DNA from: an uncultured Acidobacteriota bacterium
GTDB lineage: Bacteria; Acidobacteriota; Blastocatellia; RBC074
Assembly (NCBI GenBank): GCA_963796275.1
Contig: CAWCKY010000006.1
Coordinates: forward strand, 736,001-800,000
Direction: 5' to 3'
Length of the DNA stretch: 64,000 nucleotides
Notes under the pieces: model-generated
What the model was told of the DNA's origin: nothing
Databases searched by the model: none
What the model saw: the letters and a program-made list of their open reading frames with translations, nothing else
Part shown: in pieces, positions 31,958 to 45,457 of the stretch
Position numbering within the stretch: position 1 is the stretch's first letter
Layout of the letters: every line of letters begins with the position of its first letter
Position numbers and translations under genes: made by a program

Positions 31958-34624
31958 TCATTCCTGGCGAAGCAATTGCGACGGCTCGATCCTCAGAACG
32001 CGTCGCGCGGGCATATAACACGTCACCATTGTCACGAACAACAAACCAAGGGCGGCGGCCAGGAGCGTAAGCGGATCGGAAGGCGAAACGCCGACGAGCA
32101 GGCCGCGAATCAGGCGACTAGCGATATAGATGCCCGGCGCACCGATCAGCAGTCCCGCTATCACTAGCAGCGCGCCTTCTTTCATTACGAGGCGGAGGAC
32201 GTGGCCATGATCGGCGCCGAGCGCTAACCTTACAGCCAACTCGTGGCGCCGCCGTGTCACAGATCCTGCTACCACACCGAATAAACCCATCGCCGAGAGG
32301 AAAAGCGCACCGACCGCGAATGCGCTGATCAGGGTCCCACCGATCGCCTGTGGGCTGAGCGATGCTTGGACTATGTCGTCCATGGACCGGGGATCGCCGG
32401 CCGAAACCCGCGGTTCAATACGGTGAATGGCGGATTGGACCTCGGGCAGGAGCGAGTGCGGTTCGCGGGTTGTCCGAATGACATAGAAAAGAGGGCCGCC
32501 AATGTCCTCGGCTCGTGCCAGCATCTGCGGCCGTCCTTCGGCATGAATTTCATAGAGTCGAGCTTGCTGGACGACGCCGATGATCGTAAACGATCGTTCA
32601 TCCCAACGGATGGTTGCGCCGATAGCATTGCCGTCCGGAAAGAAACGCCTGGCGATCGTGGTGTCGATCATTGCTTCGGTCACGCCATTTTGACGGTACT
32701 CCGTGAAGGTACGGCCTTCTATCAGTCGCATGCCCATGACCTCGATGTAGTTCGGGCGCACGGCGATGATGTCGGTGAGCACCCTGTCCCGCTCGGGATC
32801 GCCGGTGTTTCCGGGCGCGCTGGGAATTGTGATCGTCTCCTGAAACGCTGTCGCCGTAAGAGGCAGCGTCGAGGTTGCGCTCGCTCCGGTGACACCGGGA
32901 ATCGCGGCCAGCGCCTGCTGGAGGCGATCTTGAAATGTGATGACGTCGGTCATTTTGGGAATAAATTCCGGCGGCACCCGTACCCGAACGGTAAATACGC
33001 CATCCGATCGGAAGCCCGGATCTGCCCGCAGCAGCCGCTCGAAGCTGCGCATGACGAGTGCGCCACTGCTCAACAGAACGAGCGAGAGTGCCACCTGCGC
33101 CACGATCAAGCCGCGGCGCCAACGGCTCGGTCCGCCGCCGCCGCGGACCGAGCTGCCGGCCAGAAGCGACGATAATGACACGCGCGCCCCCCACGCCGAC
33201 GGTGCCGCCGCAGCGAGCACACCGAGCAAACCACCAACGGCGACGACGGCGGCAGCGATGCGCCAGTCGATTGCGATCGCTTCGCGGCGCGGCAAGTCGA
33301 GCGGAGCGAGGGCAACGAGCGCACGCGTGCCCCAGATCGCGACGAGGGCGCCGAGCGCACCGCCGGCGAGGCCGAGCAAGCCGCCCTCAAGCAGGGTCGA
33401 GCGCACGATGGCGATCGTGTTAGCACCGAGCGCGCGCGAAACGGCCACCTCATGCTCACGCTGTGCAGCGCGTGCGAGCAACACCGACGCGAGATTCAGC
33501 ATCAGCATGAACAAGAGGACGAGGCCAGCGGCGCCGAGCACGATGAGCGCTGGTCGAATCCGCGATATGACGTCGGCCTTCAATCCAATCGAATACAGCT
33601 TCAAGCCGCGGCCGTTGAATTCGCGCGCATCGATGGCGCGGCCGGCAGCGTCGACTGCGGCGGCCACCGCGCCCGGCGATGCGCCGCGACGAGCGCGGAT
33701 GAGCCCCGCATATCCACCCCGCCGATCCGGCTCCGTGAGATTTACTACGAGCGGAATATACGCGTCCACACGCTGTGGAGGCGCGGCCACGTCGTTTCGC
33801 ACGAAGGTGAAATCCCGTGGCAACACGCCGATCACTCTAAACGGCCGTCCCTGCAGGCGTACGTCCCTGCCGACGATACCGGGATCGGCGCCGAGCCGGT
33901 TCCACAAGTGGTGCGTCAAAACCATCACTTGCTCGCTCGACCTCCCGATCTCATCCGGAGCAAAGCTGCGGCCCAGCGCTGGCGCAACGCCGAGCAGGTC
34001 AAACAGGTTCGGCGACGTCCGCGTCACGGCGATCTCCATGGGCTCGGCGCCTTCCCGTAATGCGAAAACTCCGCCCAGGAACGGTTGCAGAGCCGCGGCG
34101 TCCTCGATAACGGTATTGGATTTCTGCAACTCCAAGATATCTGTCCCGGGCAGTGAGCCGCGTTTGACATCACGGATGAGGCCGTAGTCTCGCCAGACGT
34201 AGTACAGATCGCCGGGGTCCTTATAGGGCATCGGGTCAATCAGAACCTTCTGCACCGCGGTGTAAACGACGGCGAACATGCCGAGACCGATGGTCAATGT
34301 GCCGATCGTCGTTCCAGCAAAGATCGGAGAGCGCACCAGCCTCCGTCTGACGATCTCGGCATCGCGACCCCAGTTGCCGGCGCGCCGCCATACGGCCGCC
34401 GGACGCACTCGCTCGGCAGCGCCGTTGCGAAGCGAGTCGATAAGCGCGCGGAACCAAAGCGCTACGAGAAGGATACCTCCGCCGTTTTTCAGCGCGTCGC
34501 GGGCCCGATCCAGGTATGCCTCGACCACCGCGTTGCCCATTTCCTCGCGGAAATCGGGCGGATAGAGACAGAGCAGGAGCCGGAACCAGCGCTCCGAAAG
34601 GCTGAGCATGCGATTTCGCGTCAT
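31958..34624 (-). CDS. ADOP-type duplicated MacB/FtsX ABC permease
   Basis: Two MacB-PCD+FtsX units, REHEVAVSRALGA, ELAVRLALGA; N-terminal LYPPDFREEMG extension. Confidence 0.9.
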   Translation of the reverse strand: MTRNRMLSLSERWFRLLLCLYPPDFREEMGNAVVEAYLDRARDALKNGGGILLVALWFRALIDSLRNGAAERVRPAAVWRRAGNWGRDAEIVRRRLVRSPIFAGTTIGTLTIGLGMFAVVYTAVQKVLIDPMPYKDPGDLYYVWRDYGLIRDVKRGSLPGTDILELQKSNTVIEDAAALQPFLGGVFALREGAEPMEIAVTRTSPNLFDLLGVAPALGRSFAPDEIGRSSEQVMVLTHHLWNRLGADPGIVGRDVRLQGRPFRVIGVLPRDFTFVRNDVAAPPQRVDAYIPLVVNLTEPDRRGGYAGLIRARRGASPGAVAAAVDAAGRAIDAREFNGRGLKLYSIGLKADVISRIRPALIVLGAAGLVLLFMLMLNLASVLLARAAQREHEVAVSRALGANTIAIVRSTLLEGGLLGLAGGALGALVAIWGTRALVALAPLDLPRREAIAIDWRIAAAVVAVGGLLGVLAAAAPSAWGARVSLSSLLAGSSVRGGGGPSRWRRGLIVAQVALSLVLLSSGALVMRSFERLLRADPGFRSDGVFTVRVRVPPEFIPKMTDVITFQDRLQQALAAIPGVTGASATSTLPLTATAFQETITIPSAPGNTGDPERDRVLTDIIAVRPNYIEVMGMRLIEGRTFTEYRQNGVTEAMIDTTIARRFFPDGNAIGATIRWDERSFTIIGVVQQARLYEIHAEGRPQMLARAEDIGGPLFYVIRTTREPHSLLPEVQSAIHRIEPRVSAGDPRSMDDIVQASLSPQAIGGTLISAFAVGALFLSAMGLFGVVAGSVTRRRHELAVRLALGADHGHVLRLVMKEGALLVIAGLLIGAPGIYIASRLIRGLLVGVSPSDPLTLLAAALGLLFVTMVTCYMPARRVLRIEPSQLLRQE

Positions 34625-34986
34625 TTGACCTCCTTCGGTAGCAGGCCTCCCAGGCGCGCTGCCCGCGTCAGCTGTTCTAGCCGTCGCGCCTCTGCCTGCG
34701 CAACGCGCCTGCCCGCACCTGTGATGCGGTAGTAGTTTCGGCGTTCGTCGCCCCTATCAGGCGCAGGCCGGCGGGCCGCGGCCTCTATCAGCCCGGCCTC
34801 CGCCATGCGTGCCAGCGCGCGGTACATCGTCCCGACGTCGGGGACCGACGCTTCGCCGCGCGCCTCGATGTCCTGAATGATTCCGTAGCCGTGCCGTTCG
34901 CCCGACACGAGACTAAGTAGGATGTGAAACTCGACCCGCCGCAATGGCAGGTGCTTGTCTATCCCGCGGTCACGATCCATTGCCAT
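34621..34986 (-). CDS. PadR family transcriptional regulator
   Basis: ILLSL..GERHGYGI, GTMYRAL.RM, RRNYYRIT..G; 4-nt overlap with the permease. Confidence 0.93.
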   Translation of the reverse strand: MAMDRDRGIDKHLPLRRVEFHILLSLVSGERHGYGIIQDIEARGEASVPDVGTMYRALARMAEAGLIEAAARRPAPDRGDERRNYYRITGAGRRVAQAEARRLEQLTRAARLGGLLPKEVK

Positions 34987-35016
34987 GAGCTACCTCTCCA
35001 GTTGAGTGTGTCGCAC

Positions 35017-35065
35017 TACTTGTGCGGCACATATAGTATATGTGCAACGCATGTATTATTGTCAA
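35017..35065 (-). promoter_or_regulatory. Probable PadR operator overlapping the padR promoter
   Basis: Perfect palindrome gcacatata-g-tatatgtgc (35027-35045); TTGACA (35060-65) 19 nt from TATACT (35035-40). Confidence 0.55.
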
Positions 35066-35197
35066 TATCCGGAGGTAGGTTTCGATTGGTTTTTTCCGCT
35101 GTACCAGGGACCAACTGGTGGCGACCAGACAATCTTAGTAAGGCTGAAATGCTTAAGATATGCTTGGTAGAGGTTCAAGCAACATGTGAGTTTATGA

Positions 35198-35307
35198 TAG
35201 GTCGGATACTTAACGATCCCCCAACTACCGTTGGGGGGATTGGAGAGAGTCTTAGCCGCTAGGTAGGGAGGACTTTAACGATCGTCCAACTACCGTTGGG
35301 GGAATTC
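35198..35307. repeat. Two REP-like hairpins homologous to 7527-7689
   Basis: gatacttaacgatcccccaactaccgttggggggat and ggactttaacgatcgtccaactaccgttgggggaat. Confidence 0.8.
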
Positions 35308-35340
35308 GGGTTGAGTGGCTTAGTTACGCTAATAACCGGC

Positions 35341-36669
35341 TTACGCCAATAACCCGCTCAGCTTCTTTGTCGCGGTCGGGAATTTGCCGAGACCGGCCTT
35401 CATCACATCATCGGCCAGCGTCAGATACAGATCGCCAAAGGTCCCCTCCATTTTGGAGTGTTGGCCCATGGCCAATCGTCCCGCGTGGCCCGCGACGATC
35501 AATCCGAGACCGTGATTCTTGTGCGGATTGGCTTCGGCGTGCTCGTGCACGTAGACCAGGCAACTGTGATCGAACAGAGTGCCTTCCCCCTCCGGAATGG
35601 ATTTCAGCCTCGCTATCAGGTAGGCGAACTCTTCGACGTGCCATCGGCAGATGTCACGCAGTATCCGCTGCCCGTCTACGCCGTCAGCGCCCGGAGCTTT
35701 GCCGTCGGCGTGCGTGTAATCGTGATGGCGGGCCGCCGTGTAACCGAGCCACGGGAAGCGGGTCAGTCCCTGGCACTTCGTCAGCATGTAGGAGGCGACG
35801 CGCGTCTGGCAGCTGGCGAATGCCTGTACCAGCAGTTCGCTCTGAAGCTTGGCGATGCGTGGCCAGTCTTTCATATCGCCGTCGAAATCGAGCGGATCGA
35901 CCCGCCGATACTCGGGCGGCAATCCGGCAATAGCGCGCTCGAGGTCGCGGATGCCCGCCAGGTGCTCCTCCACGCGAGTCTGATCGTCTTTGGGCAATTG
36001 CTTCTTCAAATCGGCTGCATCTTTGCGAACCGCATCCAGGATACTGCGTTTGCGATTGACCCAGCCTTCTTCGCGCGATCCGAAGAGCCGGTCGAAAAGT
36101 TTGTGCGGGATCATCTCCGGCGGCAGGGCGCGTTCGTAACCGGCCCAGCTCATGTTGCGCTGAATGCTCTCGCCGAAGGACTCCTGCGAAACGCCGATCT
36201 GCAACGATCGGAAGCGCGATTCGCCGTCGAGTTTCGCGGCGATGGCCTGATCGATCGAGGGACCGGAAGTGCCGCGGCCCGAAAAAGGCGTGCAACTCAT
36301 CAGCGCGCTCATCGATTTGTGATGGCCGTTGCCGGGACCGCGCACTGCGGCGGCGGCATTGTCCAACCCGCTGATGATGTGAACATCGCGGCGGAATGGT
36401 GCGAGCGGCGCCAGGCACGGCGTCACCCGGTAGTCCGGTCCGGTCTCAGACGGAATCCAATACCGCTCCGGAATGCCATTGCCGTTGAACCAGAGGAGGA
36501 AGCGGCTTTCAATATCCTTCTTGTCTGTGGCCGCATAAGCCGTGCCATGCAGGTTGAACATCGAAACGAGCGGCGGTAGTCCCACACTGATGCTAGCGCC
36601 AGTTAGTGTGAAGCCTTTCAAAAAAGTGCGACGAGACAACCTTACGCGTTTGGTGATAACGTGTGACAC
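35341..36669 (-). CDS. DUF1552 (HxxSHH-domain-like) protein with Tat-like leader
   Basis: [37 protein letters not shown]; GAGGAGG-GTG start. Confidence 0.85.
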   Translation of the reverse strand: MSHVITKRVRLSRRTFLKGFTLTGASISVGLPPLVSMFNLHGTAYAATDKKDIESRFLLWFNGNGIPERYWIPSETGPDYRVTPCLAPLAPFRRDVHIISGLDNAAAAVRGPGNGHHKSMSALMSCTPFSGRGTSGPSIDQAIAAKLDGESRFRSLQIGVSQESFGESIQRNMSWAGYERALPPEMIPHKLFDRLFGSREEGWVNRKRSILDAVRKDAADLKKQLPKDDQTRVEEHLAGIRDLERAIAGLPPEYRRVDPLDFDGDMKDWPRIAKLQSELLVQAFASCQTRVASYMLTKCQGLTRFPWLGYTAARHHDYTHADGKAPGADGVDGQRILRDICRWHVEEFAYLIARLKSIPEGEGTLFDHSCLVYVHEHAEANPHKNHGLGLIVAGHAGRLAMGQHSKMEGTFGDLYLTLADDVMKAGLGKFPTATKKLSGLLA

Positions 36670-36689
36670 GGTAGTTCCTCCTCGGAAGA

Positions 36690-36803
36690 CTAGTTTTCAG
36701 TTTTTAGTTTTTAGTTTTCAGTTCGCATTCCACAGTCCGAGTTACATCAATTAGGTAATGCGAACCTTGGAAAGCGAACTAAAAACTAAAAACTGAAAAC
36801 TGA
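36690..36803. repeat. Inverted heptamer arrays (GTTTT(C/T)A / T(G/A)AAAAC)
   Basis: tagttttcagtttttagtttttagttttcagttcgc ... gcgaactaaaaactaaaaactgaaaact. Confidence 0.85.
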
Positions 36804-36806
36804 ATA

Positions 36807-38810
<2,004 letters not shown>

Positions 38811-39037
38811 TTCGGCATCCTTCAGATCCTCAATCAGATACCTATATCAGACCGTAAATTAGACAGAAAATTTTCCAGGTTGTATTGGAAGACAGAAATT
38901 TAATGCAGGTGAGCGATAAGTACAATGCCAATGGCTCTGATCACGCTCGATTTTTTTCATGGGATTTTCGGGCAGCGATTGATTTTGAATGAGTATGAGT
39001 GTATATGTGGCGTCACTATATATGGAGTCGCATTCCT

Positions 39038-41782
39038 ATGATTGAGGAAAAAGACAATCACGGCGGCCCCGATTGGAGACGCTATGTTCGCGACCATCTG
39101 CCGCATCTCGCGATCGACCCCGAGCGCGAGATGGAGATCGTCGAGGAACTGGCTGAGCATCTCGACGCGGTCTATCAGGACGCATTGGCGAAGGGCGCGT
39201 CCGAAAGGGATTCGTGGAAATCGGCGGCGGCATTATTCGCCGACTGGCGATTGCTGGAGTGCGAGCTGGCAGTGGCAGAGCGCGGCGGCGCAGGAGCGCG
39301 CCTCGATCGGGCAATCGAAGAAATGGATCGATCACAAAAGAGTCAGGGAGGACGGCTGATTATGGAATCGTTGTTGCAAGACCTGCGTTACGGGCTACGA
39401 ATGTTGCTGAAGAACCCCGGCTTTGCGGCCGTCGCCGTTATCACGCTCGCGTTGGGTATCGGCGCGAATACAGCGATCTTTACGGTCATCAATGCTGTGC
39501 TGTTGCGCCCGCTGCCGTTGCCGGAGTCGGAGCGATTGATGAAGCTCGGGCGTGATTACCCCGGAGCCAATCAGGTTGGTGATGTCGACGATCCCAGGTT
39601 CCTGTTCTGGCAAGAGCAGAGCCAATCGTTCGAGGCAATAGGCGCACAACTGGGCTGGAACGCCGCTCTCACCGTCGGCGAGCCGGAAATAGTTGCGGGG
39701 CGCAAAGTCTCGCGGGATTTCTTTCGCGCGCTCGGCATGGTGCCGGCCATCGGTCGCGAATTCACTAAAGAGGAGGCCAGCGCGGGTGGCGAGCGAGTAG
39801 CCATCTTGAGCGACGGCTTGTGGAGGCGGCGCTTCGAGGCGGATCCGGGTTTGATCGGCAAAACGATCACATTGAACGGCGAGAGCCACGCGGTCGTGGG
39901 CATAATGCCCGGCGATTTCCGGTTCGCTATTCCCGCCGATGTTTTCGTTCCGCTTCGCCCTGGCCCTGCCAGCGGTAACAAGGGATTCAACCTCAGTGTG
40001 TTGGCCCGTTTGAAATCCGGCGTGACGCGTGATCAGGCGCTGGCTGAGATGAAACTGGTTGCCGAGAGGTTGCGGGCAAAAGAGCCCAAACTCATGCACG
40101 GGGACGAGATCGTCAACGTCGCGCCTTATCTGAGCGTACTGACGGCGGATTCGCGGCAGTTGTTGTGGTTGCTATTCGGCGCGGTGAGCTTTGTGCTGCT
40201 GATCGCCTGCGCAAATGTCGCCAATCTCCAACTGACTCGTGCGGCGGCGCGTGAGCGGGAGATCGCTGTAAGGCTGGCAGTGGGCGCCGGGTGGCGGCGC
40301 GTTGTCCGGCAGTTGCTCGTTGAAGGTCTGGTGCTGGCGCTCGCTGGCGGCGCGGCGGGATTGCTGTTGGCGTTTTGGGGAACCTGGCTGTTGATAGCTC
40401 TGATGCCCGGCAACCTGATTCCCAGAGCTGATGAGATCGGCATTGATTGGCGCGTGATGGTCTTCACGTTGGCTGCGGCGGTCGTCACGGGATTGCTCTT
40501 CAGCCTTGCTCCGTCGCTCCAGGCCGGGCGCGTCGATTTGAATGCAGCGCTGAAAGAAGGGGGAGGCAAAGGCGCCGTTGGGGCAGGACGAGGGAAGCTG
40601 CGAAGCCTGTTGGTGGCGATCGAGGTGGCGCTGGCGCTGGTCTTGCTGATCGGCGCGACTTTGCTCATCCGCACTTTCGCCAAATTGAATGGTGTCGATC
40701 CGGGCTTCGATCCGCAGAACGTTCTGACATTCCGTGTAACGGCGCGCGGCGCCCGATACGCGACGCCGGCGCAGTTAGCAGAGTTCTGTCGCCTGACGGA
40801 AGAGAGGATCAAAATCCTGGCGGGTGTCGAGAGCGTCGCCGCCACCAGCATGTTGCCGCTTGATGGACAGCACAACCTGCCCGTCGAGTTGGAAGGCAAA
40901 CTCGGTCAATTCGAGACTGTACAAGTTCGCCTCATTACGCCGGACTATTTTCGCGCGATGAAGATCAGCTTGAAACGGGGGAGGGAATTGACTGCTGGAG
41001 ACACCGCGGGAGCAGGAAACGTCGCGATCGTCAACGAAGCCTTTGTCCGCCTCTACCTGGCAAATACAGATCCGATTGGCCGGCAAATCTACGTCGGACG
41101 CACCTTCTTCAACTCGCCCGACCCTTTGCTCATAGCTGGCGTGGTCGGTGACACAAAAGGGGAGACTCTGACTGAACCCGCGCCGCCAACGGTCTACTTT
41201 TCCCTATCACAAATGCAGGAAGGGATGGGCAAGCTGATTAAACCGACGATGCGATTCGTTGTGCGGACGACGAACGAATCTTACGATCTGGGTGCGACCA
41301 TCAGGGGCGAGCTTTATAAACTAGATTCGACGCTGCCGGTGACCCATATTCGCTCGATGTCGGAGATCGCGTCGATCTCGACCTCACATCTGAGATTCAA
41401 CATGCTGCTGTTGGTGGTTTTCGCGGGCATCGGCCTGGCGCTTGCCGCAGTCGGGATCTACGGGGTGATGTCTTACGTGGTCACTCAGGGCACGCACGAA
41501 ATCGGAGTCCGTATGGCTTTGGGTGCGCAGGCCCGTGACGTGATGAGACTGATTGTCATGCAGGGAATGGTGCTTGTGCTGGCGGGCGTGGCGATCGGGT
41601 TGGCGGCGTCGCTGGCGCTGACGCGGTTTTTGAAAGGTATGTTGTTCGGTGTGAGCGAGAATGACCCTGCGACGTTTTCGATCATTGCGTTGACGCTGGC
41701 CGGCGTCGCATTGGTTGCCTGCTTGTTCCCGGCGCGACGCGCCACGCAGGTCGATCCGATCGTCGCGCTACGCCAGGATTGA
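39038..41782 (+). CDS. ADOP-type duplicated ABC permease with permease-prefix domain
   Basis: EIVEELAEHL prefix, [51 protein letters not shown]. Confidence 0.92.
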   Translation: MIEEKDNHGGPDWRRYVRDHLPHLAIDPEREMEIVEELAEHLDAVYQDALAKGASERDSWKSAAALFADWRLLECELAVAERGGAGARLDRAIEEMDRSQKSQGGRLIMESLLQDLRYGLRMLLKNPGFAAVAVITLALGIGANTAIFTVINAVLLRPLPLPESERLMKLGRDYPGANQVGDVDDPRFLFWQEQSQSFEAIGAQLGWNAALTVGEPEIVAGRKVSRDFFRALGMVPAIGREFTKEEASAGGERVAILSDGLWRRRFEADPGLIGKTITLNGESHAVVGIMPGDFRFAIPADVFVPLRPGPASGNKGFNLSVLARLKSGVTRDQALAEMKLVAERLRAKEPKLMHGDEIVNVAPYLSVLTADSRQLLWLLFGAVSFVLLIACANVANLQLTRAAAREREIAVRLAVGAGWRRVVRQLLVEGLVLALAGGAAGLLLAFWGTWLLIALMPGNLIPRADEIGIDWRVMVFTLAAAVVTGLLFSLAPSLQAGRVDLNAALKEGGGKGAVGAGRGKLRSLLVAIEVALALVLLIGATLLIRTFAKLNGVDPGFDPQNVLTFRVTARGARYATPAQLAEFCRLTEERIKILAGVESVAATSMLPLDGQHNLPVELEGKLGQFETVQVRLITPDYFRAMKISLKRGRELTAGDTAGAGNVAIVNEAFVRLYLANTDPIGRQIYVGRTFFNSPDPLLIAGVVGDTKGETLTEPAPPTVYFSLSQMQEGMGKLIKPTMRFVVRTTNESYDLGATIRGELYKLDSTLPVTHIRSMSEIASISTSHLRFNMLLLVVFAGIGLALAAVGIYGVMSYVVTQGTHEIGVRMALGAQARDVMRLIVMQGMVLVLAGVAIGLAASLALTRFLKGMLFGVSENDPATFSIIALTLAGVALVACLFPARRATQVDPIVALRQD

Positions 41783-41797
41783 AAGAAAGTTTGGGCT

Positions 41798-42000
41798 GGA
41801 TGGCGGAGCCCTTGGAGTGCGGTTTCTTGAAACCGCTTTGGTAGTTGATTCCTTGAACCGGGAATCCTATGAAACTCTCCGATTGACAATCCACAGCGGC
41901 AGTGGGTCGGGGAATTGCACAGTTGTGCCGGAAACGGTGAGTGAAACAATCGACTACTAAAGCGGTTTCGAGAAACCGCACTCCAAAGGCTCCGCCATCC
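41798..42000. repeat. About 200-bp REP doublet with about 54-bp inverted arms between convergent genes
   Basis: ggatggcggagcccttggagtgcggtttcttgaaaccgctttggtagttgatt / aatcgactactaaagcggtttcgagaaaccgcactccaaaggctccgccatcc. Confidence 0.9.
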
Positions 42001-42082
42001 CATGTTTTCAGATTCATAAAAACGAAGTTGGGGCAAATTCAGGAAATCAACTTACTACTGCTTTTCGCGATAAAGATGCGCG

Positions 42083-44521
42083 TCATTCATTTTTCAAGGC
42101 AACCATCGGATCGATCTTGGTCGCCTGGCGCGCAGGCAGATAACAGGCCACCAGCGCCATAAACAAAAGCAACATAGCGGTGATTACAAAGGTCGGCGGA
42201 TCGGTAGCCGTAACGCCGTACAACAGACTCGTGAGCACGCGGCCGAGTGCCAGCGCCGCGATCAGCCCGATGACGGAACCGATGGCTACGGGTTTCAACC
42301 CTTGCGTAAGTATCAATCGCAGCACATCCTTGCCTTGCGCGCCGAGCGCTATCCGAATGCCGATCTCCGGCCGGCGCTGCGCGACCGTATAGGAGACCAC
42401 GCCGTAGACACCCATCATTGCGAGTAGCAAGGCCAGCGCGCTGAATCCCCCGATCAACATCAGACTGAAGCGCTGAGTGGAGACCGAGTCGGAGAGCAGA
42501 TCATCCATTGAAAAGATGGTCATGATCGGTTGGTTTTTATCGACCGCCGCGACCGCCTGCCGGATGGCTCCGGCGATCTCTGCCTGAGCCAGGGATGAGC
42601 GCACGAATAGCAGGTACGCGGGCCAAGGCTCCTGATCGACTGAAAGATAGACCTCAGGCCAGGGCTCTTGAACAAGACCGCTGTGATGCGTGTTTTTGAC
42701 GACACCGACGACTTCGCGCCATACTTCCTGCCCTTCCGGTTTGGCGTTACTTAAACTGAAGCGTTTGCCGATAGGGTCTTGACCATCCCAGAAGCGTTTT
42801 GCGGCCATTTCGTTGATCACTGCCACAGGGACCGTAGTGGCAATATCGCCGGGGGTCAGTGCCCGGCCTCGCAGCAAGGGCACACCGAGTGTGCGTAAAT
42901 AGTCTGAGCTGACGATATGTATTCTGGTTATTGGGGAATCATTGGGTGCGGTTTGTGGGCGGCCCTCTATTATGAGGTTATTTCCGGCTCCCGCCCCGGC
43001 AATCGGCAATCCGTTGCTCGATCCGGCGGCTTCGACGCCCGGTATACTCTCCAGGCGTTCAATTACCTGGCGGAAGAATGAGTAATTTGAAGGAATGACC
43101 GCCGCCGTCACCCCCTTTGTGCGCAGGCCCGAATCGACCATCATCAGACGTGCAAAGCTATTGAGCAATAGGCCGGCTCCCATAGTCAGCACGAGCGCTA
43201 GAGTAATTTCGAAAATCACCAGCAAATTGCCGGGCGCAGCGAGCGAACTACGCCATGCGGCGGCGCGGCCGGCCGCCTGTTTCAGAGCCTCATTCAAATC
43301 GACGCGTGCGGAACGCCACGCCGGTAAGGCGCCGAAGAGCAGCCCGGCGATCACCGTTACAGCCAACGTAAAGGCGAGCGCGCCGGCGTCTATCCGCGAT
43401 TCGCCAAGCCGCGCAATGTAGTGCGGGCTCATCTTAATCAGCAGCTCGAGCGACCAGGCAGCGAGCAGGGTTCCCGCCGCTCCTCCTGCCAAAGCGAGCA
43501 ACATGCTCTCCGTCAACGCCTGCCGCACGAGCCTGAAGCGGCTCGCGCCGAGCGATTGTCGAATCGCCATCTCCTTGCGGCGCCGGTCGGCGCGCGCCAG
43601 CAGCAGGTTGGCGATGTTGGCACAGACCATTAAAACAACCAGGCCGATGGCGCCGAACAGGAGCGGCAGCACCGTGCCAGCCTCGCCTACCGTATGGTCT
43701 TTCAGTGAAACCAGCCTGACGCCATTCATAAGACTGTCATTTGTGCGCGGATTGTCGTGAGCGCGTTGCGCAAAGAGAGTTCCCAATTCAACCTGCGCCT
43801 GCTCGGACTGAACGCCGGGTTTGAGTTGCAGAACCACGTTATACTGTCTTGTGTCTTGGATCTCTCTGATCAGATCGTCGTCCGAAAGCGCCCAGAATCC
43901 TCCATTTCCGGAAGGCATCCGCACGTCCTTTCTCTGTTTGAGAGGGAAATTGAAGCCAGGTGGCATCACTCCCACAACGACGTAAGTACCCCCAATCGCG
44001 CGAATCGTTTGTCCGATGATCCCGGGATCGGCTCCGAAGCGGCTTCGCCATAGACCGTCGCTCAAAATGATCAAGCGTTCGCTGCCCGGCCTGGCTTCTT
44101 CCGGCAGGAAATATCGCCCGAGCGCCGGCCTTATGCCGAGCGCAGGTAATAGATCGGATGTGACGCTGACTCCTCGGATGATCTCCGGCAACCCCTCACC
44201 GCGGAGAGTGAGATCATGATTCCAATAGCCTCCGATCCGCTCGAAACTACGGCTTCGCGTTCGCCAATCGGTCAGGTCACCGCGGTCGATCCAGCTCAGT
44301 ACATCATCCTGCGGAACGCCGAAACTCGGCTTTGGGCGGTACTGCGCCTGCATCAAGCGATCGGGCTGCGCAAAAGGCAAAGGCCGAATCAGAACCGATA
44401 TGACAATACTGAATATCGCCGTGTTCGCTCCGATGCCGAGCGCCAGTGTGATGATCGCGATTAAAGCGAAGCCGGGGTTTTTCACCAGCATTCGTATGCC
44501 ATAACGTAAATCTTGAAACAT
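42083..44521 (-). CDS. ADOP-type duplicated ABC permease
   Basis: [53 protein letters not shown]. Confidence 0.92.
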   Translation of the reverse strand: MFQDLRYGIRMLVKNPGFALIAIITLALGIGANTAIFSIVISVLIRPLPFAQPDRLMQAQYRPKPSFGVPQDDVLSWIDRGDLTDWRTRSRSFERIGGYWNHDLTLRGEGLPEIIRGVSVTSDLLPALGIRPALGRYFLPEEARPGSERLIILSDGLWRSRFGADPGIIGQTIRAIGGTYVVVGVMPPGFNFPLKQRKDVRMPSGNGGFWALSDDDLIREIQDTRQYNVVLQLKPGVQSEQAQVELGTLFAQRAHDNPRTNDSLMNGVRLVSLKDHTVGEAGTVLPLLFGAIGLVVLMVCANIANLLLARADRRRKEMAIRQSLGASRFRLVRQALTESMLLALAGGAAGTLLAAWSLELLIKMSPHYIARLGESRIDAGALAFTLAVTVIAGLLFGALPAWRSARVDLNEALKQAAGRAAAWRSSLAAPGNLLVIFEITLALVLTMGAGLLLNSFARLMMVDSGLRTKGVTAAVIPSNYSFFRQVIERLESIPGVEAAGSSNGLPIAGAGAGNNLIIEGRPQTAPNDSPITRIHIVSSDYLRTLGVPLLRGRALTPGDIATTVPVAVINEMAAKRFWDGQDPIGKRFSLSNAKPEGQEVWREVVGVVKNTHHSGLVQEPWPEVYLSVDQEPWPAYLLFVRSSLAQAEIAGAIRQAVAAVDKNQPIMTIFSMDDLLSDSVSTQRFSLMLIGGFSALALLLAMMGVYGVVSYTVAQRRPEIGIRIALGAQGKDVLRLILTQGLKPVAIGSVIGLIAALALGRVLTSLLYGVTATDPPTFVITAMLLLFMALVACYLPARQATKIDPMVALKNE

Positions 44522-44522
44522 C

Positions 44523-45420
44523 TCATCCTCCAAGAAGCGATTTGTAACCACCCTGCCGGGGTTGCAGCGCGAAGAGCAGCAGGTTCTCCTGATTGAAGCC
44601 GAGGTTGACCCGCTGCCGGTTGTAGAGTGTGCGGATGAACAGCCCCGCGCCGACCAACAACAGCAGCGACAGCGCTACCTGCGCGACTACCAGCCCGTGG
44701 CTCAGCCGCGACACTGCGCCCGTACTGCGCCGGCCCTGCTTAAGTGCTATCGTCAAATCCAGGCTAGTCGCGCGATAGGCTGGCGCCAGCCCGAACAATA
44801 CGCCGGTCAGCAACGAGGTGGCGATAGTGAACGCCAGCACGCGCCAATTCAGGTTGAGTTCAATCCCAGTGGGCAAAAAAGGAGTATCTCGGTCGGCCAA
44901 CGCCGCCAGTGCGCGCTTGCCCCAGAACGCGAAGAGTATGCCGAGCGCTCCGCCCAGGGATGCGAGCAGGATGCTTTCGGTCAACAATTGCCGGATCAGG
45001 CGCCAGCGCCCCGCGCCGACCGCCAGCCGCACGCTGATCTCCGGGCCGCGCAGAGAAGCTCTCGCCAGCAGAAGGTTCGCCACATTGGCGCACGCGATCA
45101 ACAGGATGGGCACAACGACGTCGAATAGTCCGTAAATCGTGGCTGAATAGCGCTGGCGACCCTCCATCAGTCCCTGGCTGCCGGATCGCGCGACCAGGCG
45201 CGGGTAATCTTTCGTGTCGAGTTTCGCCGGTTCATTTCGCGGCGCGGCGGAGGCATCACCTCCAGCGCCATCGCTTGAAATGCTCCGTTCAGGCTCTCTC
45301 GCGCCTGTTCGAGGCGCGCCCCAGGTTTCAGCCTGCCCATCAAATTTATCCACCATATATCCGGCTTGCCGGCTCTGGCCATCCCACTGCCGAGCAGCAC
45401 CGTCTCAAACGCCAGTGCTT
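44523..45420 (-). pseudogene. Internal, frameshifted fragment of an ADOP permease
   Basis: WWINLMGRLKPG in one frame, LLIACANVANLLLAR...QENLLLF in another; no N- or C-terminal parts. Confidence 0.85.
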
Positions 45421-45457
45421 GAGGCCGGACCGTGCAGTACGTCTTCCTCCCATCAAA

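Noticed and set aside
32937-36579. Long antisense ORFs (for example 32937..34187, 35458..36579, 56666..57790)
   Set aside because: Shadow frames of GC-rich genes with no recognisable motifs
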